Shown: positions 28,710 to 40,300 of the stretch, piece by piece
How positions within the stretch are numbered: position 1 is the first letter of the stretch
Layout of the letters: each line of letters begins with the position of its first letter
Assembly: GCA_964343605.1 (NCBI GenBank)
Contig: CAYFKJ010000006.1
Span: 153,133 to 217,132, forward strand
DNA length: 64,000 nucleotides
Source of the DNA: an uncultured Rhodospirillaceae bacterium
Lineage (GTDB): Bacteria; Pseudomonadota; Alphaproteobacteria; UBA2966
Direction of reading: 5' to 3'
Translations under genes and position numbers: made by a program
The notes under the pieces: generated by a model
Seen by the model: the letters and a program-made list of their open reading frames with translations, nothing else
Databases searched by the model: none
Told to the model about the DNA's origin: nothing

Positions 28710-30538
28710 GACGAAGCCTCCGATTTGTTCGCGTCCATCTTCTTGGCGTAGCCGCGTGGGGTGTAGACCCGTGCCCCCCCGCCCAGCTCGATCCGCTGGG
28801 TCATGGAGGAACCGACCAGCACCACCGTCAGCATGTCGACGTTGGCAGGATCGAGCGCACCCAGGGTGGTGTGACGCAGGCCTTCGCTGGGCCGTCCGAG
28901 GTTGCGGGCGAGCATGACCGGTGTTTCCGCCGGGCGGTGTCGGAGGAGGATATCGCGGGCCTCGGCCAACTGCGTCGTGCGGCGCTTGCTGACGGGGTTG
29001 TAGAAGGCGATGACGAAGTCCCCGGCGGCGGCGGCTTCGACGCGGTCGCGGATAACCTCCCACGGCGTCAGCAGGTCGGAAAGCGAGATGGCGCAGAAAT
29101 CGTGACCCAGCGGTGCGCCGGCTCGCGCCGCCGCCGTCTGCAGGGCGGAAACGCCGGGCACGACGATCACTTCCAGCCGCGCCCAATCGGGCCGGGTTTC
29201 AAGCTCCCTGTCGATCAGTTCGTAAGTCGGCGACGCCATGGCGTAAATCCCCGCGTCGCCCGAACAAATCAAGGCGACGTTGCGCCCTTCGGCAGCGAGG
29301 TCAAGGGCGGCGCGTACGCGGGCCTCTTCCTCGCCGAGGGCGAAATCGTGACGCGGCTTGCCCGCGGCCGCCGGGCCGAGAAGGTCGAGATAGAGGCTAT
29401 AGCCGATCAAGTCGCTGGCCGCGGCCACGGCGGCATCGGCTTCAGGGGTACGCATGGCCGCGTCGCCGGGTCCGATGCCGACCAGCGTCAGGCGTCCCCG
29501 GGCGCGTCCAACGGTGGCGCTATCGATGATGCCGGAGGCGCGGGCGACAGCGCAGGTCGCCCTTTCGCTCTTTTGTTTCTCGACAATCAGCTCGCTGTCT
29601 GGTCCGGCGGCGGCAAGCGCGGCGGCCTCGCTCACGCCGTGGCAGCCAACCTCTGCGAAGACGATGTCGGACGGATTGGCGAGCCGCGGCGTTTCGGCCT
29701 CCAGCGCGGCGGCGTCAAAAAAGCGGACCGGCACCCCTAAGTCGGTGGCGGCGGAATGAACTGCCGCTTCGTCTGCCTTGAGGTCGAGCGAGACGATGCA
29801 CGAGACCGACTCGGGCGCCAGTCCGGCTTCCCTTAAGGTTCCGCGAACGAGGTCGACAACCTCTGTCGCCGAGGCGCCGCGTTCGCAGCCGACACCAACG
29901 GCAAGGACGGCCGGGTGCAGGACGACGCCGGGTGCCGATGGCGATGACCGGTCGGTGATGCGAACGCTTGTTTTTCCCCCATCGCCAAACGTTTGGCCGT
30001 CGGTCAGCCAGGCGGCATCGACGCCGGGGCAGTCGTTCTCGAGTGCGACGGCTTCGGCGGCCAGCAACGCTGCGGTGACGTCCTTGGCGGCGCGCCGATC
30101 GGCTATGCGCCAACCGGCCGGCGGTTCGTCCAGGGCGAAACCCAACCGGTTGTCGCCCGCGGTGGTAACGACAGCGTCTCCGCCCAAGGCCCCGGCAATG
30201 TGGCGGGCCATGTCGTTGCCGCCGCCATGGCCGCCCAGCAGCGGGACGACATGGGCGGCATCTTCCGTCACCGCGATTACGGGCGGTTCGACCGTCTTGT
30301 CGTGCAGTTCCGGCGCCAGAAGGCGGATCAGGATGCCGGCGGCGCAGACGCCGACGATGGGCGTGCCGGCGGTAAAAAGCTCGCGCAGGTGGTCGCCGGT
30401 TTCGCTGAACTCCAGATCGGCCCCTTGCGTGCGTCCGGCAAGACCGTGGACGCGGGCGCCCGGCAGGGCGGCCGCCACCCGCCAGGCGGTTTCCAGGCCG
30501 CGCGCCGTGAGCGCGATGACGGCGGGCGCGGCGGTCAT
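28706..30538 (-). CDS. cbiGH: fused cobalt-precorrin-5A hydrolase (CbiG) / precorrin-3B C17-methyltransferase (CbiH/CobJ)
   Basis: 610 aa. N-terminal CbiG N and C domains, then a C-terminal methylase domain (LTLVGIGPGDAAMRTPEA...LICSGDAGIYAMAS). Confidence 0.85.
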   Translation of the reverse strand: MTAAPAVIALTARGLETAWRVAAALPGARVHGLAGRTQGADLEFSETGDHLRELFTAGTPIVGVCAAGILIRLLAPELHDKTVEPPVIAVTEDAAHVVPLLGGHGGGNDMARHIAGALGGDAVVTTAGDNRLGFALDEPPAGWRIADRRAAKDVTAALLAAEAVALENDCPGVDAAWLTDGQTFGDGGKTSVRITDRSSPSAPGVVLHPAVLAVGVGCERGASATEVVDLVRGTLREAGLAPESVSCIVSLDLKADEAAVHSAATDLGVPVRFFDAAALEAETPRLANPSDIVFAEVGCHGVSEAAALAAAGPDSELIVEKQKSERATCAVARASGIIDSATVGRARGRLTLVGIGPGDAAMRTPEADAAVAAASDLIGYSLYLDLLGPAAAGKPRHDFALGEEEARVRAALDLAAEGRNVALICSGDAGIYAMASPTYELIDRELETRPDWARLEVIVVPGVSALQTAAARAGAPLGHDFCAISLSDLLTPWEVIRDRVEAAAAGDFVIAFYNPVSKRRTTQLAEARDILLRHRPAETPVMLARNLGRPSEGLRHTTLGALDPANVDMLTVVLVGSSMTQRIELGGGARVYTPRGYAKKMDANKSEASS

Positions 30539-31269
30539 GCACCGACCCCGTTCCGGCCCACTTCGCCGACCCAGGCGTCACCGCGGCGGTGCACCAGGAT
30601 CATGGAAAAATAAGGCGCCACATCCCCGGTCATTTCGGCAAGCGGCATCGATTGCTGATTGGACATGGTGGCGCGCTCGACATAGCGAGCCCGATCGGTC
30701 AGTTCGAGCCGCTCGATCACATCCCTGATCTTGCCGAGGTGACGCCCCACCTTGATGATGGCGGCGGCATCGGCGTCGCGCAGCTTGGCCTCCAGTTCAG
30801 CCTCGGCCAGCGGGCCGGGAAGCACGCTGAGGGTGTCGTTGAGCGCGGCCAGCGGCGAATGCGTAACCGCGGCGCAGGCCGTGAGCGACGACACCCCCGG
30901 TATGACTTCGACCTCGTGATCCGCCGCCAGACGGCCGAAGAGATACATGAAGGAGCCGTAGAAAAAGGGATCGCCCTCGCAGATGCAGGCGACGTCACGG
31001 CCGGCCAGCAAATGCTCGGATATCTCGCGGGCGGCCTGGTCGTAAACGGATTCGGCGGGAAAGTGGCCCGGCGTCATGGGAATGCGGATGGGGATCTCGG
31101 TTTGGCCGCCCGGCAGGTGATCGGCGACGATGGCGCGGGCCAGGCTGTCGCCGTCGTCGGGCGCGGGCCAGGCGATGACCGGGCAGTCGCGCAGCAGACG
31201 CAACGCCTTCAATGTGATGAGTTCCGGATCGCCGGGCCCGACGCCCAGTCCGTAAAGGGTACCACTCAT
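30535..31269 (-). CDS. cobI: precorrin-2 / cobalt-factor-2 C20-methyltransferase
   Basis: LYGLGVGPGDPELITLKA...CICEGDPFFYGSFMYL matches the methylase family. Overlaps the cbiGH start by 4 nt. Confidence 0.9.
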   Translation of the reverse strand: MSGTLYGLGVGPGDPELITLKALRLLRDCPVIAWPAPDDGDSLARAIVADHLPGGQTEIPIRIPMTPGHFPAESVYDQAAREISEHLLAGRDVACICEGDPFFYGSFMYLFGRLAADHEVEVIPGVSSLTACAAVTHSPLAALNDTLSVLPGPLAEAELEAKLRDADAAAIIKVGRHLGKIRDVIERLELTDRARYVERATMSNQQSMPLAEMTGDVAPYFSMILVHRRGDAWVGEVGRNGVGA

Positions 31270-31284
31270 GTTCGTTTCAGTTCC

Positions 31285-32505
31285 TCAGTTGGATTTCGTC
31301 ACGCTCCATTGCGTGACCGGCGCCAGTGCGCGCCACATGTTGAATTTGCCGCGGACCTCGGCGCGGGAGATTTCCAGACGCCGCAGCTCTCCGCCGTACT
31401 GTTTGTGCAGCGCCAGGACCCTGGCCTCGCCCTCCGCAGTGACGACGTTGGCCACCAGCCGGCCCCCTGCCGGCAGAGCCTGCCAAGCGGTCTCGAACAC
31501 GCCATCAGTCGTGATGCCGCCGCCGATGAACACGGCGTCCGGTTGCCCAAGATCCGCCAATGCAGCGGGTGCTGCGCCGATGACGAGCTCCAGCTTGGGC
31601 GTTCCCAATGCGGCTGCGTTTTCGGTGATGAGGCTCGCCCGTTGCTTGCTGCGCTCGATGGCGACGGCGCCGCCGTGCTCGGACGCCCGCATCCACTCGA
31701 TGGCGATAGTGCCGCAGCCCGCGCCGACGTCCCAAAGTGTTTCGCCGGGCTTGGGTTGCAGGGCGGCCAGCGTGACCGCGCGGACTTCGCGCTTGGTCAT
31801 TTGGCCGTCGCTGCGAAAGGCCTCGTCGGGCAGGCCCGGTGATCGGCTGAACGCGATGGCGCCCTCGTCCGCGATACAATGGATGCCGACGGAAACGAAA
31901 TCATCGGTGGGTTCGTCGGGCCAGTTGGCGGCCAGGGCATCGATGCGTTGCTCGTCCGCGCCGCCCATACGGCAAAGCGCTGTCATGGCGCTGCCGCCGT
32001 AGCCCAGCTTGACGAGTTCGGCGGCGATCTCGCGGGGGCTTTTGCCGTCGCGGCAAAGCACGACGAGGCGCGCCCCGGGCCGCAAGTGTCCGTTGACCGT
32101 TTCGACGGGACGGCCGTGCACGGTGAGACAAGCCGTTTCGGCCTGGGGCCAAACGAGGCGCGCACACGCCATGTCGAAGGCCGAGGATCCGGGAATGACG
32201 GTCATCTCCTCGGGCGCAAAACGCGCACTCAGCTTGACGCCGACGCCGTACCACATGGGATTGCCCGTCGCCAGCACGGCAACCTGCCGTCCGGCCGAGC
32301 CGTGTTTGGCCAGATCGTCAAAGAGATCCTCCAGCGGCGTCGGCCACTCCAGCAAGTCGTGTGTCTGTTTCGGCATCATCGCCAGGTGGCGTTTCCCGCC
32401 GGCGACGATGTCGGCAGCGTCAAGCAGCGCGCGGGCCGAGGCGGAGAGACCGTTCAGGCCATCCTCGCCGATGCCGATCACCGATAGCCAGGGGTTTGCC
32501 GTCAT
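31285..32505 (-). CDS. cobL: precorrin-6Y C5,15-methyltransferase (decarboxylating), CbiE/CbiT fusion
   Basis: 406 aa. N-terminal CbiE methylase (SVIGIGEDGL...) and a C-terminal CbiT SAM-MTase (LWDVGAGCGTIAIE). Confidence 0.9.
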   Translation of the reverse strand: MTANPWLSVIGIGEDGLNGLSASARALLDAADIVAGGKRHLAMMPKQTHDLLEWPTPLEDLFDDLAKHGSAGRQVAVLATGNPMWYGVGVKLSARFAPEEMTVIPGSSAFDMACARLVWPQAETACLTVHGRPVETVNGHLRPGARLVVLCRDGKSPREIAAELVKLGYGGSAMTALCRMGGADEQRIDALAANWPDEPTDDFVSVGIHCIADEGAIAFSRSPGLPDEAFRSDGQMTKREVRAVTLAALQPKPGETLWDVGAGCGTIAIEWMRASEHGGAVAIERSKQRASLITENAAALGTPKLELVIGAAPAALADLGQPDAVFIGGGITTDGVFETAWQALPAGGRLVANVVTAEGEARVLALHKQYGGELRRLEISRAEVRGKFNMWRALAPVTQWSVTKSN

Positions 32506-33152
32506 TGGTCGTCCTCACTGGTTGCGGCGACGGCGTTGACCGCGGCGGCGGCCAGCGCACTGCCACCGCGCCGGCCCTTCAGCGTTATAAAAGGTACGCC
32601 GAGATCGGCGTCGATCAGAGCCTGCTTGCTTTCGGCGGCGCCGACGAAGCCGACGGGGAAGGCCAGGATGGCGGCAGGCCGGGAAGCGCCCTCGTTCAGA
32701 AGTTCGAGCAGCCTGAACAGCGCCGTCGGCGCATTGCCGATGGCGACGACGGCGCCCGAGAGCGGACCCATCCAGAGATCGACGGCGGCGGCGGATCGCG
32801 TGGTTCCAAGCATGGCGGCCTGGTCGGCGATGGACGGCGTGTCCAACGTGCAGATCACCTCGTTCCCGGCGGGCAGGCGGCGGGCGATGATGCCGTCCGC
32901 CACCATGCGGCAATCCGCCAGCACGGGTGCGCCATCAACGAGGGCCCGGGCCGCCGCCCCCGCCACGTCGCCCGACCACGAAAGATCGCCGGTGATGTCC
33001 GGCATGCCGCAGGCGTGCACCAGCCGCAGCACCAGTCGGGTCAGGTCTTCCGGCAGACCTTCGGTATCGGTTTCCGCCCGCACCATTTCGAACGAGCGGC
33101 GGTAGATCTCCGCCGGGTCGCGCAGGTAGTCGTATGTCCTGTCCCCGCTCAC
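32502..33152 (-). CDS. cobH: precorrin-8X methylmutase
   Basis: 216 aa matching CbiC/CobH (VAIGNAPTALFRLLEL, AILAFPVGFVGAAESK). Confidence 0.9.
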   Translation of the reverse strand: MSGDRTYDYLRDPAEIYRRSFEMVRAETDTEGLPEDLTRLVLRLVHACGMPDITGDLSWSGDVAGAAARALVDGAPVLADCRMVADGIIARRLPAGNEVICTLDTPSIADQAAMLGTTRSAAAVDLWMGPLSGAVVAIGNAPTALFRLLELLNEGASRPAAILAFPVGFVGAAESKQALIDADLGVPFITLKGRRGGSALAAAAVNAVAATSEDDQ

Positions 33153-33161
33153 GTTCCGCCT

Positions 33162-34121
33162 TTAGCTTTCACCGTCGTGGTGATGGTGATGAGCGTGTCC
33201 ATGGTGATGGTGGTGGTGGCCGTGATCGCCGTCCGTGCCGATGCCCTGGACATGGTGGTGGTGGCCGACCTGTGGTGCGCCGTGTTCGGCCTCGAAACCG
33301 ACAAGCTGTTCGCGGTACTTGCAGAGCTGGCAGTTCATGTTGGGATTGCCTTCGATGATCTCGTGCATGCGCTCGATGAAGGTATCCAGAACCTGGGGAT
33401 GATCGTTGAGGTAGCCCGCCTTGATAATGTCGATGTCCGGGTATTTCTCGTTGGCGGTGTCGGCGGCGTCGTAGATGCGCGTGACAAGGATGCCTGAAAA
33501 CAAGAAATAGGGAAAAACCACGATACGTTTGAAACCGAGCTTGGCCGCGTAATCGAGACCGTCTGCGATTAGGGGAACGGCGACGCCCGAGTAGCTCGTT
33601 TCCGCCCAGCCCAGGTCGAGGCCCTCCCACAGGAAGCGCGTGATCTTGGTGACGTTGGAATTGGCGTCGGGATCGGAAGCGCCGCGTCCCACCACCATCA
33701 ACAGTGTGTCCTCCCGGCCGATCTCTTGGCGTTTGTCGGCCTCGGCGATGGCGTCTTCGATACGCGAGGCGGCGGCGTTGATCAACTTTAGGCTGACCGC
33801 CAGTTCGCGGGCGAAGTGAAGCTCGACGTCCGGATTGTCGCGGGAGAATTCGTTCAGCACCGACGGGATGTCGTTCTTGACGTGGGCGGCGGCGAACAGC
33901 ATGCCCGGCAGGGCGAAAATGCGCTTGCAGCCCTTCTCGACCAGTTTGTCGAGCCCCTCGCGGATGATCGGCAGCGCAAATTCCAGGAAGCCGTGTTCGA
34001 CTTCGTAGTCCGGCAGCAGCTCACGCAAGCGCACGGCGAGGTTCTCGAATTCCGCCACGGCGATGTCGTCGCGGCTGCCGTGGCCGCAGATCATCACGCC
34101 GGTCTTAATCTCATCACTCAT
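33162..34121 (-). CDS. cbiX: sirohydrochlorin cobaltochelatase, long form with Cys motif and poly-His tail
   Basis: Tandem CbiX domains (VMICGHGSRDD...) with a C-terminal MNCQLCKYR and His-rich tail (GHHHHVQGIGTDGDHGHHHHHHGHAHHHHHDGES), as in CbiX-long proteins. Confidence 0.85.
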   Translation of the reverse strand: MSDEIKTGVMICGHGSRDDIAVAEFENLAVRLRELLPDYEVEHGFLEFALPIIREGLDKLVEKGCKRIFALPGMLFAAAHVKNDIPSVLNEFSRDNPDVELHFARELAVSLKLINAAASRIEDAIAEADKRQEIGREDTLLMVVGRGASDPDANSNVTKITRFLWEGLDLGWAETSYSGVAVPLIADGLDYAAKLGFKRIVVFPYFLFSGILVTRIYDAADTANEKYPDIDIIKAGYLNDHPQVLDTFIERMHEIIEGNPNMNCQLCKYREQLVGFEAEHGAPQVGHHHHVQGIGTDGDHGHHHHHHGHAHHHHHDGES

Positions 34122-34228
34122 ACCGTTTTCCTCAAATTACCGGGGTCTCATAACACCGCCGGTGGTCTGTGCCAAATTTCACCGCGCCCGAAGTTGACGC
34201 CGGCGGTTTCGCAAATCATTGTCTGGCG

Positions 34229-35221
34229 ATGTTTTCCTTCGCCTTGCCCGAGGCGGCCCTGGCGCCGCTGGTTATTCTGTTGCTGGCCTTGGCCGCGGAT
34301 GCGGTGATCGGCGATCCGCCCGCATTGTGGTCCCGCGTGCCTCATCCGGTCGCCCTTATCGGCAACTTGATCGGCTGGGCCGACGGCGCCTTCAACAAGG
34401 AAGACGACGGCGCCGACGCGCGCCGCTCCGCCGGTGTGGTCTTTGCCGCCGCGCTGATCGTCTGCGGGGCCTTGGCGGGTTGGGCCCTGGCCCAGGTCTG
34501 CCGCGCGCTTTCCATCGGCGTCGTGCTGGAGATCGTCTTTGTCGCCGTCTTCCTTGCCGGGCGGTCGCTCTATGACCATGTCGCGGCGGTGGCGCGCGGT
34601 CTCAGTGAACGCGGCCTCGCCGGGGGGCGGGCCGAGGTGGCGCGCATCGTCGGGCGCGATCCCGAACAACTGGACGAGGCCGGCGTGGTCCGCGCCGCCA
34701 TCGAATCCCTGGCCGAAAACTTTTCCGACGGCGTTGTCGCACCGGCCTTCTGGTATGCCCTCTTCGGCCTGCCGGGCCTGCTCGCCTACAAGGCTCTCAA
34801 CACCGCCGATTCCATGGTGGGGCACAAAAGCGATCGACACGCCGATTTCGGCCGGGCCGCTGCCCGGCTCGACGATTTCGCCAATCTGGTCCCGGCCCGT
34901 CTGAGCGCGTTGTTGATCTGCGCCGCCGCGGCTGTGCTGCCGGACGCCTCCGGCGGCCGGGCCTATGCCGTGATGGTGAGGGACGCGTCTCAGCATCGCT
35001 CCCCTAACGCCGGCTGGCCGGAAGCCGCAATGGCGGGGGCGCTGGGCGTCGCTCTGGCAGGGCCGCGCGTGTACGCCGAAGGAGCGGTGGATGATGCCTA
35101 CATGGGTGGCGAGGGCCGGCGGGAAACCAACGGCGCTGAGCTCGCCCGAGCCTTGCGGCTCTATTTCTGGGCCAATGCCGTATTGGCTGCCGCAATAGCC
35201 TTTCTGGCGTGGCTGATATGA
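34229..35221 (+). CDS. cobD: adenosylcobinamide-phosphate synthase
   Basis: Start chosen at MFSFALPEAALAP. Multi-TM CobD/CbiB family (HPVALIGNLIGWAD, NTADSMVGHKSDRH). Confidence 0.85.
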   Translation: MFSFALPEAALAPLVILLLALAADAVIGDPPALWSRVPHPVALIGNLIGWADGAFNKEDDGADARRSAGVVFAAALIVCGALAGWALAQVCRALSIGVVLEIVFVAVFLAGRSLYDHVAAVARGLSERGLAGGRAEVARIVGRDPEQLDEAGVVRAAIESLAENFSDGVVAPAFWYALFGLPGLLAYKALNTADSMVGHKSDRHADFGRAAARLDDFANLVPARLSALLICAAAAVLPDASGGRAYAVMVRDASQHRSPNAGWPEAAMAGALGVALAGPRVYAEGAVDDAYMGGEGRRETNGAELARALRLYFWANAVLAAAIAFLAWLI

Positions 35222-35225
35222 AGGT

Positions 35226-36692
35226 TTAACGGTCACCGGCGATCTCCAAAATCCGTTCCGTGTGCAGGTGCGCTTCCAAATGGTCGGCCAGGCCGTCCAA
35301 GGCGGCATCGACGCCGGTCTCGTACTCCAAAGAACCGCTGCCGCCGAGACGCGCAATGAGGGCGTGGCGAAACTCGTCTGAAGCAAACAGGCCATGTACA
35401 TAGCAGCCCATCACGCGACCCTGGGCGTCGACGGCCCCATCGGCGTGTTCGCCGTCGAGCGTCAGCATGGGCGAGGCGGTGCCGGCGCCGGCAGTATCGC
35501 CGCAATGCATTTCGTAGCCGCTGATGGCTGCCCTGTCGCGGGTGTCGAAACCGCTCACCTTTCTCAGTGATTTGTCACCGGCGATTGTGGTCTCGACATC
35601 CAGCAGCGCGAGGCCCGTCTCGCTGCCGGGCGCGCCCTCCAGACCGTCGGGATCGTGCACCGCCTTGCCGAGCATCTGAAAACCGGCGCAGATGCCGAGC
35701 ACCTTACCCTTGCGCCGGACGTGGGCTGCGAGGTCTACATCCCAGCCCTGCTCCCGGAGGAATCGAAGATCGGCCAGCGTGGCCTTCGATCCCGGCAGAA
35801 TGACGAGATCGGCATCGCCCGGCAGGGCGCGGCCGGCCTCGACAAACTCAAGGTCGACGCCGGGTTCGGCAATCAGGGGGTCGAAGTCGTCGAAGTTGGC
35901 GATGCGCGAAAGCTTCGGCACGGCGATGCGGATATCGCCTCCGTCCCGATTGCCCGGGCCTCGCTCCAGCACAACGGCGTCCTCTGCGGGAAGGCGGGCG
36001 GCGTCGGGCCAGAAGGGAACAAGGCCGAGGGTGGGCCATTCCGTGCGCTTTTCGATCTCCGCCATACCGTCGGCGAACAGAGCGGCGTCGCCCCTGAAAC
36101 GATTGACGATGAAGCCCCTGATCCGCGCCCGTTCGTCAGTCGGCAGCAGGGCATGGGTGCCGACCAGGCTGGCGATCACGCCGCCCCGGTCGATATCCGC
36201 GATCAGCGCCACCGGCACGTCGGCGGCTTCGGCGAAACCCATATTGGCAATATCGGCCGAACGCAGATTGACTTCCGCCGCGCTGCCCGCCCCTTCGATC
36301 AGAACGATGTCGGCTTCTTTGCCGATCGCCTCGAAGCCAGCCAGCACGTCGGCCATCAGACGGGGCTTGAGGTCGGTGTATTCCGCCGCCGTCGCATTGC
36401 CGCGCACCCGGCCGCGCACGACGACCTGGGCGCCGACATCTGTCTGCGGTTTGAGTAGCACCGGGTTCATGTCGGCCACGGGCTCGACGCCGGCGGCGCG
36501 GGCCTGCAAAGCCTGGGCCCGCCCGATCTCCCCGCCGTCCGCCGTAACGGCGGCATTGTTCGACATGTTCTGCGGTTTGAACGGACGTACTTTCAGGCCG
36601 CTGCGGGCGAAGCTGCGCGCCAGGCCCGCGACGATCAGCGACTTGCCGACGTCGGAGCCCGTGCCCTGGAACATGATGGCGGGGGTGGTCAC
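35226..36692 (-). CDS. cobQ: cobyric acid synthase
   Basis: 488 aa. N-terminal CobQ ATPase ([18 protein letters not shown]) and a C-terminal GATase ([11 protein letters not shown]). Confidence 0.9.
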   Translation of the reverse strand: MTTPAIMFQGTGSDVGKSLIVAGLARSFARSGLKVRPFKPQNMSNNAAVTADGGEIGRAQALQARAAGVEPVADMNPVLLKPQTDVGAQVVVRGRVRGNATAAEYTDLKPRLMADVLAGFEAIGKEADIVLIEGAGSAAEVNLRSADIANMGFAEAADVPVALIADIDRGGVIASLVGTHALLPTDERARIRGFIVNRFRGDAALFADGMAEIEKRTEWPTLGLVPFWPDAARLPAEDAVVLERGPGNRDGGDIRIAVPKLSRIANFDDFDPLIAEPGVDLEFVEAGRALPGDADLVILPGSKATLADLRFLREQGWDVDLAAHVRRKGKVLGICAGFQMLGKAVHDPDGLEGAPGSETGLALLDVETTIAGDKSLRKVSGFDTRDRAAISGYEMHCGDTAGAGTASPMLTLDGEHADGAVDAQGRVMGCYVHGLFASDEFRHALIARLGGSGSLEYETGVDAALDGLADHLEAHLHTERILEIAGDR

Positions 36693-36698
36693 GGCCGA

Positions 36699-37349
36699 TC
36701 AGAACTCGATGCCGACCTGGGCCTTGACGCCGCTGCGGAAGGGGTGTTTCACCTGCGTCATTTCCGTCACCAGATCGGCTGCCTCGATGATCTCGTCCTT
36801 GGCGTTGCGCCCCGTCACCACGACGTGAAGCATGTCGGGCCGGGCGCTCAAAACCTCAACCACCTCGGCCAGGTCGAGATAATCGTAGCGCAGCACGATG
36901 TTGATCTCGTCGAGGATGACCATGTCGTAGGTCGGTTCGGCGCCCCGGCAGGCCTCGATCATTTCCTTGGCGACCTCCCAGGCGTTCTTGGCGGCGGCGA
37001 TGTCGCGCTGGCGGTCCTGGGTGTCCCAGGTAAAGCCTTCACCCATGGTGCGGATGGTGACCTGGTCGGGGAAGTTTTCCAGCACGACACGTTCGCCGGT
37101 CTCCCATTTGCCCTTGACGAACTGGACGATGCCGACCTTCATGCCGTTGCCGACGGCGCGCGTCGCCAGACCGAAGGCCGCCGTGGATTTGCCCTTGCCC
37201 TTGCCGGTATGAACGATCAGGAGGCCCTTCTCGATGGTCTTGGTGGCGAGCATCTTGTCGCGCGCCGCTTTGCGCTTGGCCATTTTTTCGGCATGGCGCT
37301 TGTCCAGTTCCTCTTCCGTCTCGGAAGATTTTGGCGTCTCTTCGGTCAT
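36699..37349 (-). CDS. cobO: cob(I)yrinic acid a,c-diamide adenosyltransferase
   Basis: Start MTEETPK. P-loop GLLIVHTGKGKGKSTAAFG typical of CobO/BtuR. The 5' extension of the listed ORF overlaps cobN and is rejected. Confidence 0.85.
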   Translation of the reverse strand: MTEETPKSSETEEELDKRHAEKMAKRKAARDKMLATKTIEKGLLIVHTGKGKGKSTAAFGLATRAVGNGMKVGIVQFVKGKWETGERVVLENFPDQVTIRTMGEGFTWDTQDRQRDIAAAKNAWEVAKEMIEACRGAEPTYDMVILDEINIVLRYDYLDLAEVVEVLSARPDMLHVVVTGRNAKDEIIEAADLVTEMTQVKHPFRSGVKAQVGIEF

Positions 37350-40300
37350 GATGCCTCCTTGGTGGCTGCGTCGGCAGCCGTGAGATCCTTGAGGATGCCG
37401 TGCGTGGAATTGAGCCGCGGCCGCCACAGGCCGCGCTCCTGCGCTTCGAGGAACTTTTCGGCCATTTCACGCAAGGCGTCGGGGTTGTTGTCGGCGATAA
37501 AGTCGCGCACAGCCTCGTCGCCGAGGTAGGCGTCGAACACGGCGTCGAAGTGATGGTCCTCCACGGCGTGCGCGGTGGCGGCGAAGGCGAACATGTAATC
37601 AAGCGTTGCCGCCATCTCGAAGGCGCCCTTGTAGCCGTGACGCATGACACCGGCGATCCACTTGGGGTTCACCACGCGGGCGCGCACCACACGGGCGATC
37701 TCGTCCTGCAGGGTCCGGACCTTGGGCGTTTCGGGCCGAGAATGATCGTTGTGGTAAACGCTGGGTGCGCTGCCGGAATGAACCTCCACGGCGGCGGCGA
37801 GGCCGCCCTCGAACTGATAGTAATCGTCCGAATCCAGAAGGTCGTGCTCGCGGTTGTCCTGGTTCTGCACGACCGCCTCGATGGCACCCAGGCGGCGTTC
37901 GAAAAGACCGTGTTCTGCCTTGCCCTCCGTGCCGCCGCCATAGGCGTAGCCGCCCCAGGCGACGTAGGCGCGGGCGAGATCCGCCTGGGTCTCCCAACCC
38001 TTTTCGTCGATCAACGCCTGCAAACCGGCCCCGTAGGCGCCGGGCTTGGAGCCGAACACCCGGTGTCCGGCACGCGCGCGCGCGTCATCTTCGGCCACGC
38101 CTTCGGCGACCAGAGCCGCGGCGTCGCGCCGGACGCGGGCAGCCAGGGGATTGATGTCGTCGGGCTCGTTGAGATCAGCAACGGCTCGGGCCGCGCTGTC
38201 GATCAGATCCATCAGGCTGGGAAAGGCGTCACGGAAGAAACCGGAGACGCGCAGAGTGACGTCCACGCGCGGCCGGTCGAGCAGGTCGGCGGGCAGGATT
38301 TCGAACCCCGTGACGCGGCCCGAGGCGCCCTCCCAGGTCGGCTTGGCGCCCATCAGGGCCAACGCCTGGGCGATGTCGTCGCCGCCGGTGCGCATGTTCG
38401 AGGTGCCCCAGGCCGAGATCGCCATGCTGCGCGGCCAGGCGCCGTGGGTCTGGCGGTGATGGGCGACCAGCAGGTCGGCCGATTTCCAGCCGAGATGCCA
38501 GGCGGCCGGCGTCGGCACGGTGCGGGTGTCGACGGAATAGAAGTTGCGCCCGGTAGGCAGCACGTCGGGCCGGCCCCGCGTCGGCGCGCCGGACGAGCCC
38601 GGCTCGAGGAAACGACCGGCGAGCCCCGTCAGCAGGCCCGTCATTTCCGCCTGACCGCAGTCCTCAACCATCGGGCGGAGCGTTTCGTCGATGTAGCCGA
38701 GTACGGCGAGGGTGCACGGCCATTCGCCGGGCAGATCGGTCGAGCCGGCCACCAATCCGAGGGCCAACAGTTCCAGCCGTTCCAGTGTGTCGCCGACGGT
38801 ACGCCAGGGATCTTCGGAAACGCCGGCCAAAACCTCAGGCCGGGGGCCTTGCCAGGTTGCCCCCAGTTCGCAGTCCAGGGGGTCGAAGCCGCCAAGGCCG
38901 GCATCGGCGGCCAAGGCGCGCAGGATCGAGGCTTCCGCCGCCTCCGGGCCGCGCGGTACCCGCACCAGGGCGACCAGCAGGGCATTCAGGAGATCGTCCT
39001 CGGGAGATTGGCCGAAGACGTGCAAACCGTCGCGGATCTGCATTTCCTTCAGCTCGCAGAGATAGTTGTCGAGCTTGGCCAGCGCCGTCGCTTCATCGTC
39101 GGCGTCGGCGATGCCGACGTCCCTGTCCAGGCCGAGCGTTGCGGCGGTTTCCAGTATCTGTTCGCCCAAGATGCGCAGGCGGCGGGGATCAACGCTGGCG
39201 GCCTCGTAATACTCATCGCACTTGGCTTCCAAATCGCGCAGGGGGCCGTAGGTTTCAGCCCGCGCCAGGGGCGGCGTCAGATGGTCGACGATGACGGCGC
39301 TTGTGCGGCGCTTGGCCTGGGTGCCCTCTCCGGGATCGTTGACGATGAAGGGGTAGAGGTGCGGAACGGCTCCGAAGGCGGCCTCCGGAAAACAATCCTC
39401 CGACAGTGCCAGGGCCTTGCCCGGCAGCCATTCGAGGTTGCCGTGCTTGCCGACGTGGACGACGGCCTGGGCGCCGAATCCCTCGCGTAGCCAGGCGTAG
39501 AAGGCGAGGTAACCGTGCGGCGGCACGAGATCTGGGTCGTGGTAGGTCTTGACCGGATCGATGTTGTAGCCGCGTGCGGGCTGCAATCCGACCGCGACGT
39601 TGCCGACGCGGAACGCCGGTATGGCGAAGGCGCCGCAGTCGAGTTCTCCGGCGCGGTAGAAGGGATCGTCTTCCGGCGGGCCCCATCTTTCCGTCACCTG
39701 TTCCCGGACGGTTTTGGGCAGGCGGGCGAAATAGGCCGAATAGTCGGCGAGCGACAGCGTTTCGGAAATCTCGCGTTGGCGGTCCGGGTTGTTGGTCGGG
39801 CCGCGTTTCAGGCGCTCAACCAGTTCGTTGCCGTCCGCCGGAGCGTCTTCAACCCGGTATCCGGCATCCGCCATGGCCGTCAGCATGCCGGCGGCGGCGG
39901 CCGGCGAATCGAGGCCGACGCCGTTGCCCATGCGGCCGTCTCGGTTGGGATAGTTGGCCAGCACACACGCGATGCGGCGCTCGGACGCCGGCGTGCCGCT
40001 CAGGTCGGCCCAGGCGGCCGCCAGGGCGGCCACGAATTCGATGCGGTCGGGCACCGGCCGGTAGGCGACGATGGACGTTTGGCTCTGCTCGTCGAACCGG
40101 GCTTCCGCTTTGAAAGAGACGGCGCGGCTCAAGATCCTGCCGTCGACTTCCGGCAGGGCGACGTTCATGGCGATATCGCGGGCCGCCAGACCGCGCGTGC
40201 CTTCGCGCCAGCCTTCCTCGTTGGATCCGGCAAAAACCACCTGCAGGACCGGCGCGCCCGGTTTGTCGAGGGGCCCCGGCGCCCGCACTGCCCCGGGCTT

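Noticed and set aside
37400-39490. 696-aa plus-strand ORF and several 100-450-aa ORFs antisense to cobN (including 39849-41189 minus)
   Set aside because: Typical high-GC antisense open frames with Arg/Gly/Pro-rich nonsense composition. cobN on the minus strand has clear family homology end to end.
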